Positions 1 to 12,800 of a stretch of 64,000 bases of DNA are shown here, piece after piece; position 1 is the stretch's first letter; each line of letters begins with the position of its first letter. A program made the position numbers and the translations under genes. Where the stretch lies: NCBI GenBank assembly GCA_002269645.1, contig NIVC01000821.1, forward strand, positions 1 to 64,000. Reading direction: 5' to 3'. A model generated the notes under the pieces. That model worked only from the letters and a program-made list of their open reading frames with translations. It made no database searches and was not told the origin of the DNA. This DNA comes from Macrostomum lignano (Eukaryota).

Positions 1-1224
1 CCTATCATATGTATTGATTGCTGTGTCATCTAGAATATCATGCAAGTTAATCGTAAAATTGGAAATTGTAGTTGAAAGATCGCAGCAGAAATGTTCTTTA
101 TTGCCTCATAAACATTATAACATAGTGCCAAATGCTAATTGCTCTTAATGTTCTCTTATAACGCAGTTGCAAGAAATAAAAAAGTAAACTAAATTCTATT
201 AAAAGTCTCAACAAATTTTCTGCTTTGTTTAATTATCTTTTTGATTGGTTGCGCGTACATTTATTTATGCTGACATTTAAATGTGAAAATATTCTTCGAA
301 ACACCATGCTAAATAGTTATCAGATTTGATAACCCGACCCGAGCCAAAGTGCTACAACTACTACTGAAAAAGTGTGTGGATAAGGCAAAGACAATTTTGT
401 TTGTTCGTGAACTCTGTGTTGTTCATCACGGAGTTTCTTCATTTTGTATTAACCGATTAGCCAAATTGAAGTAAAGGGTTTCAGTGTTCGTAATTATTTT
501 AAGTACTCACTGATGCAATTGCCACACTATTTACATTATTTATTTTTCTTTGAATAGACCAACAATGTAACTTTGTAAGTCAAAAGACGAGTAGACTAAG
601 AATTAAGAAATAGATGCAACTACAACAGAAGGGGGCAGAAGTACAGTACAGAACAGAGTGCAGTAAAACACAAGTGCGGTAAAACACACAACTTTCTCTC
701 AATCTCTTTAAATCTCTCAAAAAGAGTGATGCATCATCAGAATGAACATGATAGAGACTGGAGTCATGCACAATATCACCTAAACCTAGAGTGCTATGGC
801 ACCCTAGGATTTGAAGATTTGAATGACACATCGTCCATACCACCTTAGGATTTGAAGATTGTCATGACGCATCGTCCAGGCCACTTTATGATTGCCATGG
901 CGCACTAGATGCACTGTCCACAGTGTCTGAAAACTTATTCCAATAGGGTTTTATTATTCTTTCATTTTTTCAATGGCCATAAATCAGCAAAGACATACGA
1001 TACAACACAAATAAGATTGAATATGATTTGTAAAAAAGGTCACAATGCAAGCTTGCTTACGTATGCGGACAGTGGTTATGATGCCACCAGTAAAATTGGT
1101 ACGCCAATTTTGTCGTTCTGTTGTGTGTGTACGCAGATACGCAGATATACCAGTTTTCTGAAGATCTGTATGCCGAAACTGATTCTAACGGCCAAGTGTA
1201 CGTGGGAATATTCCTGCGTACGGA

Positions 1225-1241
1225 CACCTTCCTGACTATGG
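1225..1241 (+). mobile_element. Right terminal inverted repeat of a DNA transposon related to the MITE at 44761-45222; the other end is not in the window
   Basis: CACCTTCCTGACTATGG is identical to 45206-45222 and is preceded by GTATGC/GTACGC-type subterminal motifs. Confidence 0.6.
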
Positions 1242-1735
1242 GCCACACTATATGCCACACTGTACACAGCCAAGAAATGTACACCGGTGTATGCCACAGA
1301 ACTCAAGTGTACACTGGAAAATTCTGGCGTATACCCCTCCTTCTGCAATATAGGTTATAGATTTTAACTAAAGATCATACTTAGTTGCTAGTAGCTATGG
1401 TTAAAAATTATGGAGATTTAGAGCACCTTATGTAATTTTTTGTAGTAGGCCAAATACAAAATCATAAGAATTATGCTTAAATTATTTTAAATTACAAAAT
1501 ATCTTCATTAAGGTATTCTTTGCTAGATACAAAAAATTTGCCTAAATAAATAGTTAAATATAGTGTAGCAAATATAAATTTGCTATTGTTTAGCCTATCT
1601 AGATGCCATTTTAATGGCAATTTTGTTAATTTCTAATATACTATAGAAAAATTCAAAATAAAGAGATTTGATAATCTGAAACAATTACTATTTTATAATA
1701 ATAATAATACTATTTTATATAGCTATACTATAATA

Positions 1736-2282
1736 GCTGCACACAACTGTGTAATCAAAAATGAAAGTCTATGCCTCAAGATTGTAGATTACAATTTTTG
1801 TCTATGGCAAAAAGACTCAAAAAAGTTTAAAATTTGAAGGCTTTTAAACTTCTGCTACTAAATTTGGCTACTTCTCATAAGGCCCACTCTTTCTGCTTTC
1901 TATGGGGAAGTTGCTTGGGAATAATCTTGCAGTTTTGAGCTGCATAGCATTCCTAGTTAAAGTTGCAATTTCTGACTGATGTGGCCACAGAATATTCTTT
2001 GAAAGTGGCTCAATTTTCCGACTGAGACTATGGATAGTGCAAAAATGTTGCAGTTTTTTGGGAAAAGGAAATTAACAAAACTGGTGCATCACTGTGGGAA
2101 GGGTATCCAGATAAATGGCAGCTTTGTAGAGCTCACTGAAATTGCTGAAGAAATGAAAAATGGTGCCAGATTTTTGACTTGATGAACATGTTCAAACTTG
2201 GTTACTTTTGCCATAGACAAAAATCGTAATTTAAAATTTTGAGGCATGATCTTTCATTTACAATTATACAGTTGTGTGCAGC
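1736..2282. mobile_element. Non-autonomous TIR element, TA-flanked, possibly Tc1/mariner-derived (intron 1 of SLC25A46, left arm)
   Basis: About 85-bp imperfect TIRs (GCTGCACACAACTGT...TTTTTGTCTATGGCAAAA), TA on both sides, and an internal decayed reading frame ending [18 protein letters not shown] that resembles mariner transposase C-termini. Confidence 0.55.
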
Positions 2283-3174
2283 TATATTAGGCTTAAAATA
2301 AAGCTATTAGTTGTTCATATGTGTAAAATTTTTAGGTGGAAATTCATTTATCCAATCAAAAGTTATAACAAAATTCTTGTTACTTTTGAAACACCCCTTG
2401 TACTCGTACAATATTATATAAAGTTCAAGTATATTATGGCAAACTATTACATAAATGTATTCAAATTTTTCAGACAAGTATTATGATCCATCTTGATTTA
2501 TTTTACTTAGCTATTGGGAAAAAAACAAGTATTAAAACAGATTTTTCACATTCATAATTTTGATTCAAACTATATGTCAGCATTGTCAATAGATTTATCT
2601 TTACCTAACAAGTCTTTTTAGCATGCGTGCTTTGTACAGTTTTATATACAGCTAATGAAATTTAAGGAAATGAATTTTTCAAAATGGAAGAATGCCAGTT
2701 TAACAAAATGGATAACAGTTTCATTAAGTGAATAAAAGTGTTTTAGAGAATTTTTCTATTATTTTTAGATTAGTTTTTATTTAGGCATCATAAACTGGGG
2801 CACCAAATAGCAAAGTAGAGCAGCCAAATGCCAGGTGCTAAAAGCATGCATCTTTTAAAAACATTAGCATTGAGTAATTTCTAGATATTTTCATTTTCTT
2901 TTAATAGAAATGTTAATAGTATGACTTTAATAATTTTTATAGTAATTGGCAAAGTATATTTTATGAGTTTATTACAAAGATTGTTTATAATAATTGTATG
3001 CTATAAGTTTTATAGTGAATTAATTACTCTTAACTAGATTTGGAACTAAAAGCCTTGAAATAGACATAAAATATCAATGAGTAGGAAATGGTTTTTTATT
3101 TAATTGTAGTTTTTTATAATCTTATTAAATAGCAATAAATAAGCTATCTCCACCTTTTATCTTTCCTAATTTAG

Positions 3175-6100
3175 AGCAATACCAGTCCTATGCCTCACTT
3201 GGAGTTGGCTTTGCCAGGTTTGTTTCAGTTTGTTTTTACTTTCACTGTTTCAAATAGAACAGTACTAATGTAATCAATTGTGAGCCAATTTCTAATTACA
3301 GTCTGGTTGCAGAAACACTGCTGTCTCATCCATGTATTGTGCTCAGGCGGCAGTGTCAGGTAAGATTTCCCTGTTTAGTTAAATCTCTACATTATTTGTG
3401 CTTTTGGTTTTTTATGTCATTTTTATGTAGACTTCGTAATCTGTTGAATTCATTCAGCATCCATATACTGATCCAAATTGCAGGTGATGAATGATGGCCA
3501 GAGCTACCACCTGTTGCCATTCAGCCTTGTACCTGTCATATACAATCTGCACAAGACACAGGTTTGTGCATTCAAACTCTAGTTCTAGGCCATTTTCCAT
3601 TGTTAGTCCTCCAATTCACCAGCTTGCCAGCTAACCCGCGTCCCCAGTTCCAGCTGATCCACCGTCCCCACTGCCAGCTGATCCACCGTCCCCAGTTCCA
3701 GCTGATCCCCGTCCCAGTGCCAGCTGATCCACCGTACCAGTGCCAGCTGATCCCCGTCCCCACTGCCAGCTGACCCCCCGTCCCAGTGCCAGCTGATCCC
3801 CGTCCCACTGCCAGCTGATCCACCGTACCCAGTGCCAGCTGACCCCCGTCCCCACTGCCAGCTGATCCACCGTACTCAGTGCCAGCTGATCCACCGTACC
3901 CAGTGCCAGCTGACCCCCCGTCCCCACTGCCAGCTGATCCCCGTCCCCACTGCCAGCTGATCCCCGTCCCCACTGCCAGCTGATCCACCGTACCCAGTGC
4001 CAGCTGATCCACCGTACCCAGTGCCAGCTGACCCCCCGTCCCCACTGCCAGCTGACCCGCCGTCCCACTGATGTTTTCCTACTCCCTCGCATCTCAGGCA
4101 TCGCCTGCCTATGGAAAGGCATTGGTAGCGTCTTCATAGTGCGCGGCCTTCATCTGGTCACGGAGAATGTTGTCAGTGAAATCACGCACTTTCCAAAGTA
4201 AGTTTGGCGCTGCTGACTTCTATCGCAGCGCTTGATGCAATTGCTCCTATAAGTGTACTACTAGATTGAAGTCCGTAGTCTCGTGATACTTCTAGATATA
4301 CTAAATCCATATACTAAAATGGTATGTCGGTATGTGTGTGATCGATTTTAGCAGATGATACCCCCTTCCCTTAACAGATGATACCCTTCCCTTAACAGTG
4401 ATACCCTTCCCTTTTAGCAGGTGATACCCTTCCCTTAGCAGGTGATACCCTTCCCCTTAGCAGGTGATACCCTTCCCTTAGCAGGTGATACCCTTACTTA
4501 GCAGGTGATATCCTTACTTAGCAGGTGATACCCTTACTTAGCAGGTGATACCCTTAGCAGGTGATACCCTTACTTAGCAGGTGATATCCTTACTTAGCAG
4601 GTGATACCCTTACTTAGCAGGTGATACCCTTAGCAGGTGATACCCTTACTTAGCAGGTGATACCCTTACTTAGCAGGTGATACCCTTACTTAGCAGGTGA
4701 TACCCTTACTTAGCAGGTGATACCCTTACTTAGCAGGTGATACCCTTACTTAGCAGGTGATACCCTTACTTAGCAGGTGATACCCTTACTTAGCAGGTGA
4801 TACCCTTACTTAGCAGGTGATACCCTTACTTAGCAGGTGATACCCTTACTTAGCAGGTGATACCCTTACTTAGCAGGTGATACCCTTACTTAGCAGGTGA
4901 TACCCTTACTTAGCAGGTGATACCCTTACTTAGCAGGTGATACCCTTACTTAGCAGGTGATTGGTTCACAGCAAGAGAAACGGTCATATTTGGTAGCCCA
5001 GCTTCTAAGCGGCGCATTGATTTTCCGTCACCACCAGAGAGGTGAACCGGCACAGCTCCGCAAAGAAGCTGGCTCAGCACCTTTGCCTCAAGGCTGCCAC
5101 CTGGGCTCTCGTGGCGCCATTCTACGCAGCCTCTCTGGTGGAAACTGTGCAGTCGGACATCGCCTCGGACAGTCCGGGCGTCCTGGACTGCCTGAAGGAG
5201 GGCCTGGCCCGCCTGCTGGTGTTCTCAACCCCGCCGACCGCCTCCTCTAACCTGCTGCCGTTCTGGAAGCTCGTGCCGCCGGTTGTGTGCCTGGGGGCCG
5301 CCTCCTACGCAATCCGGGCGCTCGCCAACTACGCCGTGATGCGCTCGGCCGAGCGGGACGGCTCCACCGACCGGCCGCTCGCTACAGGGGCTACCGCGGC
5401 GCAGCACCGAGGTGAGACTGGGCCTCTCCTGCAGTCCCTCTGCCGCATCCTCAACAGCCTGGGATTCCCTGGCGATTCCTGGAATTCCAGGTGGCAGGGC
5501 CAGCTTGCCATTCTGCCTCTTTCAGGAGTGAAGCGTTGTTTGCGGGAAGGTTACTGTGGGGTATTTGTATGGGGAATGCCAGTCAGCTGTCTTTGTAGTG
5601 CGTCGCCCTCATCAGACTCAACGTACCGAATTTAATCCACAGGTTTGATGAATTAGGCGGGCGGAAATGATGCTGACAGCAAGTTGGAGCTGGCATTCAG
5701 CTTGGCCATGTAGTTTCAACAATCGCTTCATCAAGAGCAAATAGTCCTAAAGTAAAGCTTTTATGGTGCATAGAAGCTCATAGACCGCATTCGCTTGGAA
5801 TTATCGCTCCCAAAGTTAGATATAATTTGTCTGGCAAAACTTTGAAGAAGTTTTAATTTAGCTCGTATCGCTATGCACGATAGTAAAAGTACTCAATGTA
5901 GTTATCGCCATGCGTGATGGTAAAAGTACTCAATGTAGTTATCGCCATGCGTGATGGTAAAAGTACTCAATGTAGTTATCGCCATGCGTGATGGTAAAAG
6001 TACTTAATGTAGTTATCGCCATGCGTGATGGTACAAGTAACTCAATGTAGTTATCGCCATGTGTGATGGTACAAGTAACTCGATGTAGTTATCCCCATGC

Positions 6101-7912
6101 GTGATGGTACAAGTAACTCAATGTAGTTATCGCCATGCGTGATGGTACAAGTAACTCGATGTAGTTATCGCCATGCGTGATGGTACAAGTAACTCGATGT
6201 AGTTATCGCCATGCGTGATGGTACAAGTAACTCAATGTAGTTATCGCCATGTGTGATGGTACAAGTAACTCGATGTAGTTATCCCCATGCGTGATGGTAC
6301 AAGTAACTCGATGTAGTTATCCCCATGCGTGATGGTACAAGTAACTCAATGTAGTTATCGCCATGCGTGATGGTAAAAGTAACTCAATGTAGTTATCGCC
6401 ATGCGTGATGGTACAAGTAACTCAATGTAGTTATCGCCATGCGTGATGGTACAAGTAACTCAATGTAGTTATCGCCATGCGTGATGGTAAAAGTACTTAA
6501 TGTAGTTATCGCCATGCGTGATGGTAAAAGTACTTAATGTAGTTATCGCCATGCGTGATGGTACAAGTAACTCAATGTAGTTATCGCCATGCGTGATGGT
6601 ACAAGTAACTCAATGTAGTTATCGCCATGCGTGATGGTAAAAGTACTTAATGTAGTTATCGCCATGCGTGATGGTAAAAGTACTTAATGTAGTTATCGCC
6701 ATGCGTGATGGTACAAGTAACTCAATGTAGTTTTCGCCATGCGTGATGGTAAAAGTACTTAATGTAGTTATCGCCATGCGTGATGGTAAAAGTACTTAAT
6801 GTAGTTATCGCCATGCGTGATGGTACAAGTAACTCAATGTAGTTATCGCCATGCGTGATGGTACAAGTAACTCAATGTAGTTATCGCCATGCGTGATGGT
6901 ACAAGTAACTCAATGTAGTTATCCCCATGCGTGATGGTACAAGTAACTCAATGTAGTTATCGCCATGCGTGATGGTAAAAGTACTTAATGTAGTTATCGC
7001 CATGCGTGATGGTACAAGTAACTCAATGTAGTTATCGCCATGCGTGATGGTACAAGTAACTCAATGTAGTTATCCCCATGCGTGATGGTACAAGTAACTC
7101 AATGTAGTTATCCCCATGCGTGATGGTACAAGTAACTCAATGTAGTTATCGCCATGCGTGATGGTACAAGTAACTCGATGTAGTTATCGCCATGCGTGAT
7201 AGTAAAAGTACTTAATGTAGTTATCGCCATGCGTGATGGTACAAGTAACTCGATGTAGTTATCGCCGTATTCATTGCGTAATTTTGGAATTCAAGCTGGC
7301 CTCTTTTCGTGAGATTATGGACTCCCAGTCCAAATATTCAGAGGTCCCTGGTGCTTAGCTGGCTGACAGTCAGTTGTCGGTGCCTTCTAATTGTTTGAAT
7401 CCGTAAGCCTGGCTAATTCGTCACACCAAGGTCATCCAACTGCCCCCCCCCAGGTGGACACCGAGCTGTACGAGCGCTTCTACCCCGAGCTGCTCAGCAG
7501 CTTTGTTGGCGCCCTGCTCTCCGACCTGCTGCTGTTCCCGCTGGAGACCCTCACACACCGGCTGTGCGTGCAGGGCACCCGCACCCTCATCGACAACATG
7601 GACACCGGCCTCGGCGTGGCCTCCCTCAGCACCACCCACACCGGCCTGCTGGACGCCTTTGTCACCACCGTCCGCCTGGAGTCGCCTGTCAGCCTCTATC
7701 GCGGCTTTGGCGCCCTTCTGCTGCAGTTTGGCGCCCATCTCTGCCTGCTGCGCGCCGCCAAGATGTCGTACGAGCGGCTGGTGACCGCCTGGGCCGGCGG
7801 CAGTGACCGCGTGGGCGTCGGTGGCCCGACGGACCCTGACTCGGAGTCCACTAGCAGCCGCAGCATCTTCTCCGATGTTGATGAGGTCGCCGCCGGTTTT
7901 CCTGCACAGTAG
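3175..7912 (+). CDS. SLC25A46: SLC25A46 second copy, exons 2-7 only in this window, with three 1-bp frameshifts (assembly errors or pseudogenisation)
   Basis: Exons 3175-3217, 3302-3359, 3484-3561, 4098-4197, 5038-5411, 7454-7912. Relative to the right copy, GGG is GG at about 4098, 5373 and 5398. No exon 1 counterpart is present in 1-1241. Confidence 0.85.
3626..4070. repeat. Intronic minisatellite, 21-24 bp unit CCAGCTGATCCACCGTCCCCA(C/G)TG
   Basis: Tandem units seen directly; SLC25A46 intron 4. Confidence 0.92.
4349..4960. repeat. Intronic minisatellite, 20-bp unit TACCCTTACTTAGCAGGTGA
   Basis: Near-perfect period-20 run at 4640-4960; SLC25A46 intron 5. Confidence 0.95.
5870..7267. repeat. 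Intronic minisatellite, 37-38 bp unit ATCGCCATGCGTGATGGTACAAGTAACTCAATGTAGTT, roughly 36 copies
   Basis: Head-to-tail units without spacers; SLC25A46 intron 6. Confidence 0.95.
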
Positions 7913-8029
7913 CCCACCTGAGCTTCTGTCGGTGAGCCATCGACTCGGGGAGTTTCGTTGTGGAGAGAGGACGGCTGACACTCCCCACCAAAGTAGCTGA
8001 CACCCACTGAAGTAGTTAAGGCCCCGATA

Positions 8030-8192
8030 GAAGTGGCTCGGACCCGTGCTGAAGAGGCTGAGATCCGTGCTGAAGTAGCTGGGACCCGTGCTGAAGTGAC
8101 AGACCCGTACTGAAGTGGCTGGGACCCGTGCTGAAGTGGCTGGGACCCGTGCTGAAGTGACAGACCCGTGCTGAAGTGGCTGGGACCCGTGC
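8030..8192. repeat. 21-bp tandem repeat GCTGAAGTGGCTGGGACCCGT downstream of the SLC25A46 stop
   Basis: About 8 units. Confidence 0.9.
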
Positions 8193-9882
8193 TAGAGCAG
8201 TTGGAAACCAACTAAGCTGGGTATTTGAGGCTGTGTTGAAATAGTGGATTTGCAATTGCGCAGTGGGTAATCTGCAATCCTACAGACTATTTCCATTTTC
8301 AATTTCTAGGTGTTGCGGTGGTCACCGTGGCAACGGACAGTTGGCGCCCATACGAATGCTTATTATCTGCTTGTTTTTACTCTGCCATGCTCATTCTGAT
8401 TAGTGAGACTCAGCCCCGCAATTGATGCCTGTCCAGTGAAACACGCGAGTCACTGTTGCGGCCCCTCTGATTTCGGATCGCACCGGCAATCTTCTGTCTT
8501 TCGCTTCTCAACCAGATGACAATTAGATGAGCGCAAGTGCTCCATTTGCCACATACCAGCTAGTTGCAGGCTGCAGGCTCCACAACGATTTCATTCTTGT
8601 ATCTGCTTACATCTGACTCGCTACTGAGAGTAACTGCCTGTAATCTGAGACTGCAAACTCTTTTGCACCTGCTTGCGTGTTTGCAAACTGCATTGCCAGC
8701 TTTTGTGTTCTGCTCGCCCATAGCCGCTACTGCAAGGCGCTGGCATTCCAGCTATTCAACCATTGCTGCTGGCTGCAGACAATTGGGGATTCTTTTCTAT
8801 GACTGGCTGTGGGCGAGTTTTCGAATTTAGAAGAGTTTATAGAATTTCTGTATTTTGCTGCACCCCATTGTTACAGTAGTGATGTCTCCAAAGCGTTTTC
8901 TCTGTCTACCTGATTAGCAATTCGTGCACTTTTAATTTCTCTTTCGATGGATCGTTCGAACGCTGACTTGTATTTGTTGTGTCCAGTGTTTCTTATCCCA
9001 TGATAAAAAAGCCCTTACAGTTTTTTCTTATATCAATAAATAAACCCTACTGAAAGTAGTAATTAGCGTACTTAGGCTTCGTTCGTTCGATTTGTATTCT
9101 GATTAAATATAAAACTTTTAGGCGCCAGTTCAGCCAGAAAGCATTCTGATAGGCTTGGCGCAGTCTGTTCTTCCAGAAATGCTCGCGCCGCTTTTTTGAA
9201 GACTTATTCAGTGCTGCATCTCAGCTGGAGGTCCTTGCGCTTTGGTGGCTCAATGCCAAATTCAAATTCACAGTCAGCCCTTTCGTAATTGCTGTGTTGC
9301 TGATTTTGTGGGACAAGTAGATTTGCAGGTTTATTTAAGCGCGCATGTTACAGGGTAAATTTTTATGTACGTTATCAGCTATGCGGAACTGCATTTTGTA
9401 CAAGTATTTTACTTCTGCTTGGGTTACACCTTGCAACTTGGGGGAAAATTCCCTCACCGATGCTACACTGCATATTCATGGGGACCCCGGTCTCATTTGC
9501 ATTGTGTTGTGATTGTTTGCTTTTAGTTATTTCCGTTGTACAGCAAAATGCAATCGAGTCTTTTGTGATTGCTGTCGGATTTTTTTAAGTTAACTGGTTT
9601 CTTTTGGGTACGAGCTAGACAGTTTGGGCATTTGAGCGGCATCTTAAACACTTTATTCTCTGTCTGCTTGAGCTCTGGAGGCGCCTCAGAGTCGCATTAG
9701 AAACGCAATAGCAAAATACCGTCGAACATCTCGGAAAAAATTTAAACTCCCTGGGCATTTTACTGTAGCGCCTCGTAACTTCTGGGAGCGCTGCAGGTTG
9801 GCTTTTTGCTTCCCAGGTAGACTTAGCTCGTATTCCCCTTAGTCAGGCGGTCTCAAAAGCGACTCTGAGCTGCATGGCGGCC

Positions 9883-12800
9883 TCAGTCGCTGTCCAGCTG
9901 TCCCTCGGTCTTCTCCTTGCTGACCTTGAGCAGCACGTGCCAGTTGCAGATCTGTTCGCCTTTTGAGTCGCGCATGTCGCCCCAGTGATCCAGAGCCTCC
10001 TCGCTGCAGTTGTTCCGGCCTGAGGGCAAGGTGTTCATGCAGCTTCATGACGGCTGAACCAATGCTATTTTGCAGTAGGCCCAGCTGTACTTACCGACCG
10101 TGCACCAGCCAATAGTGACTGTTCGGCTCAGGGTGTGCTTGCAGTACACCTTCACCATCACGGAGACGTCGTCAAGGTGGGCGCGGCTCACCGGATACTC
10201 AAAAGTTTCGTACCACTCCGGGTTGGGGCTATCCGGGATGGACAGCGTCTTGGAGCGGAACAACACGGGGCTATCCTTGCTGAGACCCCACAGCAGCTGC
10301 ACCTTCGTGAACGCGGCTGCGGGATGGACGGCGCGTGTTTTTGTGAATTGCCTGTTAAAAGCTCCCCAACCCGTCAGCATTAGAGCTGGCATCAACTTGT
10401 GCCATCGAAATTACAGAAGATGTTGGTCAACATATCTACTCGTATCAACAACTCACTCGGAGGCCGGTCCGACTTCGGGTTTCGCAGGTTGCAGGCCTTC
10501 ACAATGGCCACTTGGAGGTGGCCGTTCACCTGGTTGTACGCCAGGCCCAGGAACAGCTCTGGCTGGCTCACCAGTGCCGGGCCCTCCGTTGGAGGCGGCA
10601 GCAGCAGCGCGTCGACCGAATCCTTTGCCGACTTCTTCTGTGCCTTGGCAGACGCCTTTTGCTGCTCAAGCTCTTCCTGCAACAAAAACAATTGGCTTCC
10701 GGCTCTGCCTTTATCCTGACATTCAGTGTGTCCTTGAACCGCTAGGAATTTAGCTGGAAGTCTCGGGGCTTTACAATCTACGCTTCAATCTCAAATTTAA
10801 GAGCAAGGAGTGGTGGAGCGGCACCCGAGCTTTGCGCCGAGAATTCCTTTATTTGGGGCTCGCGCACGATTGCTGAGCTGTGAGTTTTTTAATTTACATG
10901 GTAGCTCATAAAAAGCTACTTCCAAGACAGGCAGTAGGCATCGCAATTGTGTACGCAGTGGTAAATTGCCATCACACTGGCTTCGCACAAGGACCACCAG
11001 CAGGACCCTTGGCTTTGCATTGTGGGGAAATTCAAGCTATACATGTAACTACCGCAAAAAGCTTTGTAAAAATGCAATTTTCTTTGGTATAGAACTCACA
11101 TCAGAGTCTGACAGATGCTTCAGCTGCAATTCAAAATTGGAGGATCAAGTCAGCACGGTAAAACGCTTTTTTACTCGCGTGTAAAAACATTCTAGCAGGA
11201 TTTTCCTCTGCCTCACCTTGGAAATTGCGAACCGGCGCTCCTCCAGCAGCAGCCGGAAACGGTTCTGTCTCACCTTGTCTGAGGTCTGCAGCGCCTCCGC
11301 CATCTTCTCCAGAGCAAATGTGTTTTCACCGAGCAGAAAGCTACGCTTCTTTCGCCAGCAACCATACAGCCGGAAACGAATGGCCAGCGCTTGCTGAGGG
11401 TTCTTGACTAGGTTCTTCTCTGCAGAGTGGATTGTTTGCTCTTTTTTATTGTAAGGTGTGCTGAACAAGCTCCCAAATCCGCACTGCCCCTGTCCCAGCT
11501 CCCAAATGCTGGATTTCAAACCTGCATTGCTCTAGTTCCAGCAAATGTGTGTACTGTATATGTGTGTATTTCAAATGTGTGTATTGTCAAAGAAAAATGT
11601 GTATTTGAAATACACCCCCAAAGTCTTTCTACTGTTAAGACTGCCCAGTCCCTGACGCCAGGAGCACTCAGTTCTCACCTTTAGAGATCGGTGCAAATTT
11701 GAACAAATCCTTGTCGTCGTCCTCCTGTGGCTGCTTCAAGCCCGCCTTCTTGGCTGCCTTCTCCTCTTCGGTCTCCTCCTTCCCGAACTTCGTCACGTCC
11801 TTCAGCGGCTCGTCCATTGGCTTATTGGCATCCGCCGCCACCTGCCGCCGCTTCAGCCGCTCCTGCCTCTGCCGCTCCTTCATGGCCAGCTGCTGCTGCC
11901 GGTGCTGCTCCCGCCGCTCCTGCTGCTGCTGCTGCTGCGCCGCCTTCCGCGCCGCGATGCCCGCCAGCACCGACTTCTTGCTGTTCCTCTCCGCTGCGGC
12001 GCCCGCCGCGACCTCTTCTTTGGGCTTAGACTTGCCAGGCAGCCTTGGGATGCTCAGCTTGCCGATCTTCACCGCCTGCTTTGCTGTATCGCCCGACTTG
12101 CCGGCCTCGGCTTTTGTAGCCTCATCCTTTTTCTTGTCCTTCTTCTTGTCCTTGTCCTTAGACTTCTTTTCCTTGTCCTGGCCGCCGTCCTTACTCTTGT
12201 CCACCTCGCCCTCTTTGTCTCGGGCTTCTGCAGCGGCGGTGGCTGCCGTCAGAGTCTGAAGCTTCTTTTTCTTCGGGTCCTCGTGCTCCACCATGGGAGT
12301 GCGGAAAGTGAGCACTTTGTCAGGGAGCAGGGTGGCGCAGACTTGCAGCATCGACCAGCGCATCTTCTTGTTGCTTTTGCGGCGAAACTTTGTGAGTGCC
12401 ATTTTCAGCTCCACCTGCAGAATGCGCACGTTGAGACTCTGGCTTTTGGCCTCGTGCTTCATCTCGGCTTCCAGATACCCAACGATTTTTGGCATTGGCC
12501 GCTGGGCTGGCGCCTCGTTCTGAAGGAAGTTAAGTTGCGGTTATGCTTGCGATTTTGGATCTGTGCTATTAGCGGACATGCGGCTCGTATGAGCGATGGG
12601 ACATGTGCACAATGGGGACATGCGTGCAATCCGTGATAAAGAACCCTCTTCGACCCATACCAGACTGGTTCCAGCACCAGCTGAAATCGCATCCGCCCCG
12701 AAGCAGCCCTCATCCTCGTCGTCGTCCTCGTCTTCCCCCTCAAAGTCCGCGTCGCCATCTTCATCGTATTCCTCCTCCTCCTCGTCTTCTTGGTACTCCT

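Noticed and set aside
800-885. Short direct duplication (TAGGATTTGAAGATT...ATCGTCCA twice)
   Set aside because: Only two degenerate ~40-bp units; nothing further can be inferred.
5870-7267. CRISPR-like array (38-bp unit)
   Set aside because: Units are head-to-tail with no unique spacers, lie in a spliceosomal intron, and no cas genes are present.
11699-12636. Cys/Ser/Leu-rich ORFs on plus (and similar antisense ORFs at 7421-7981 and 12596-12970)
   Set aside because: Antisense shadows of GC-rich coding exons.
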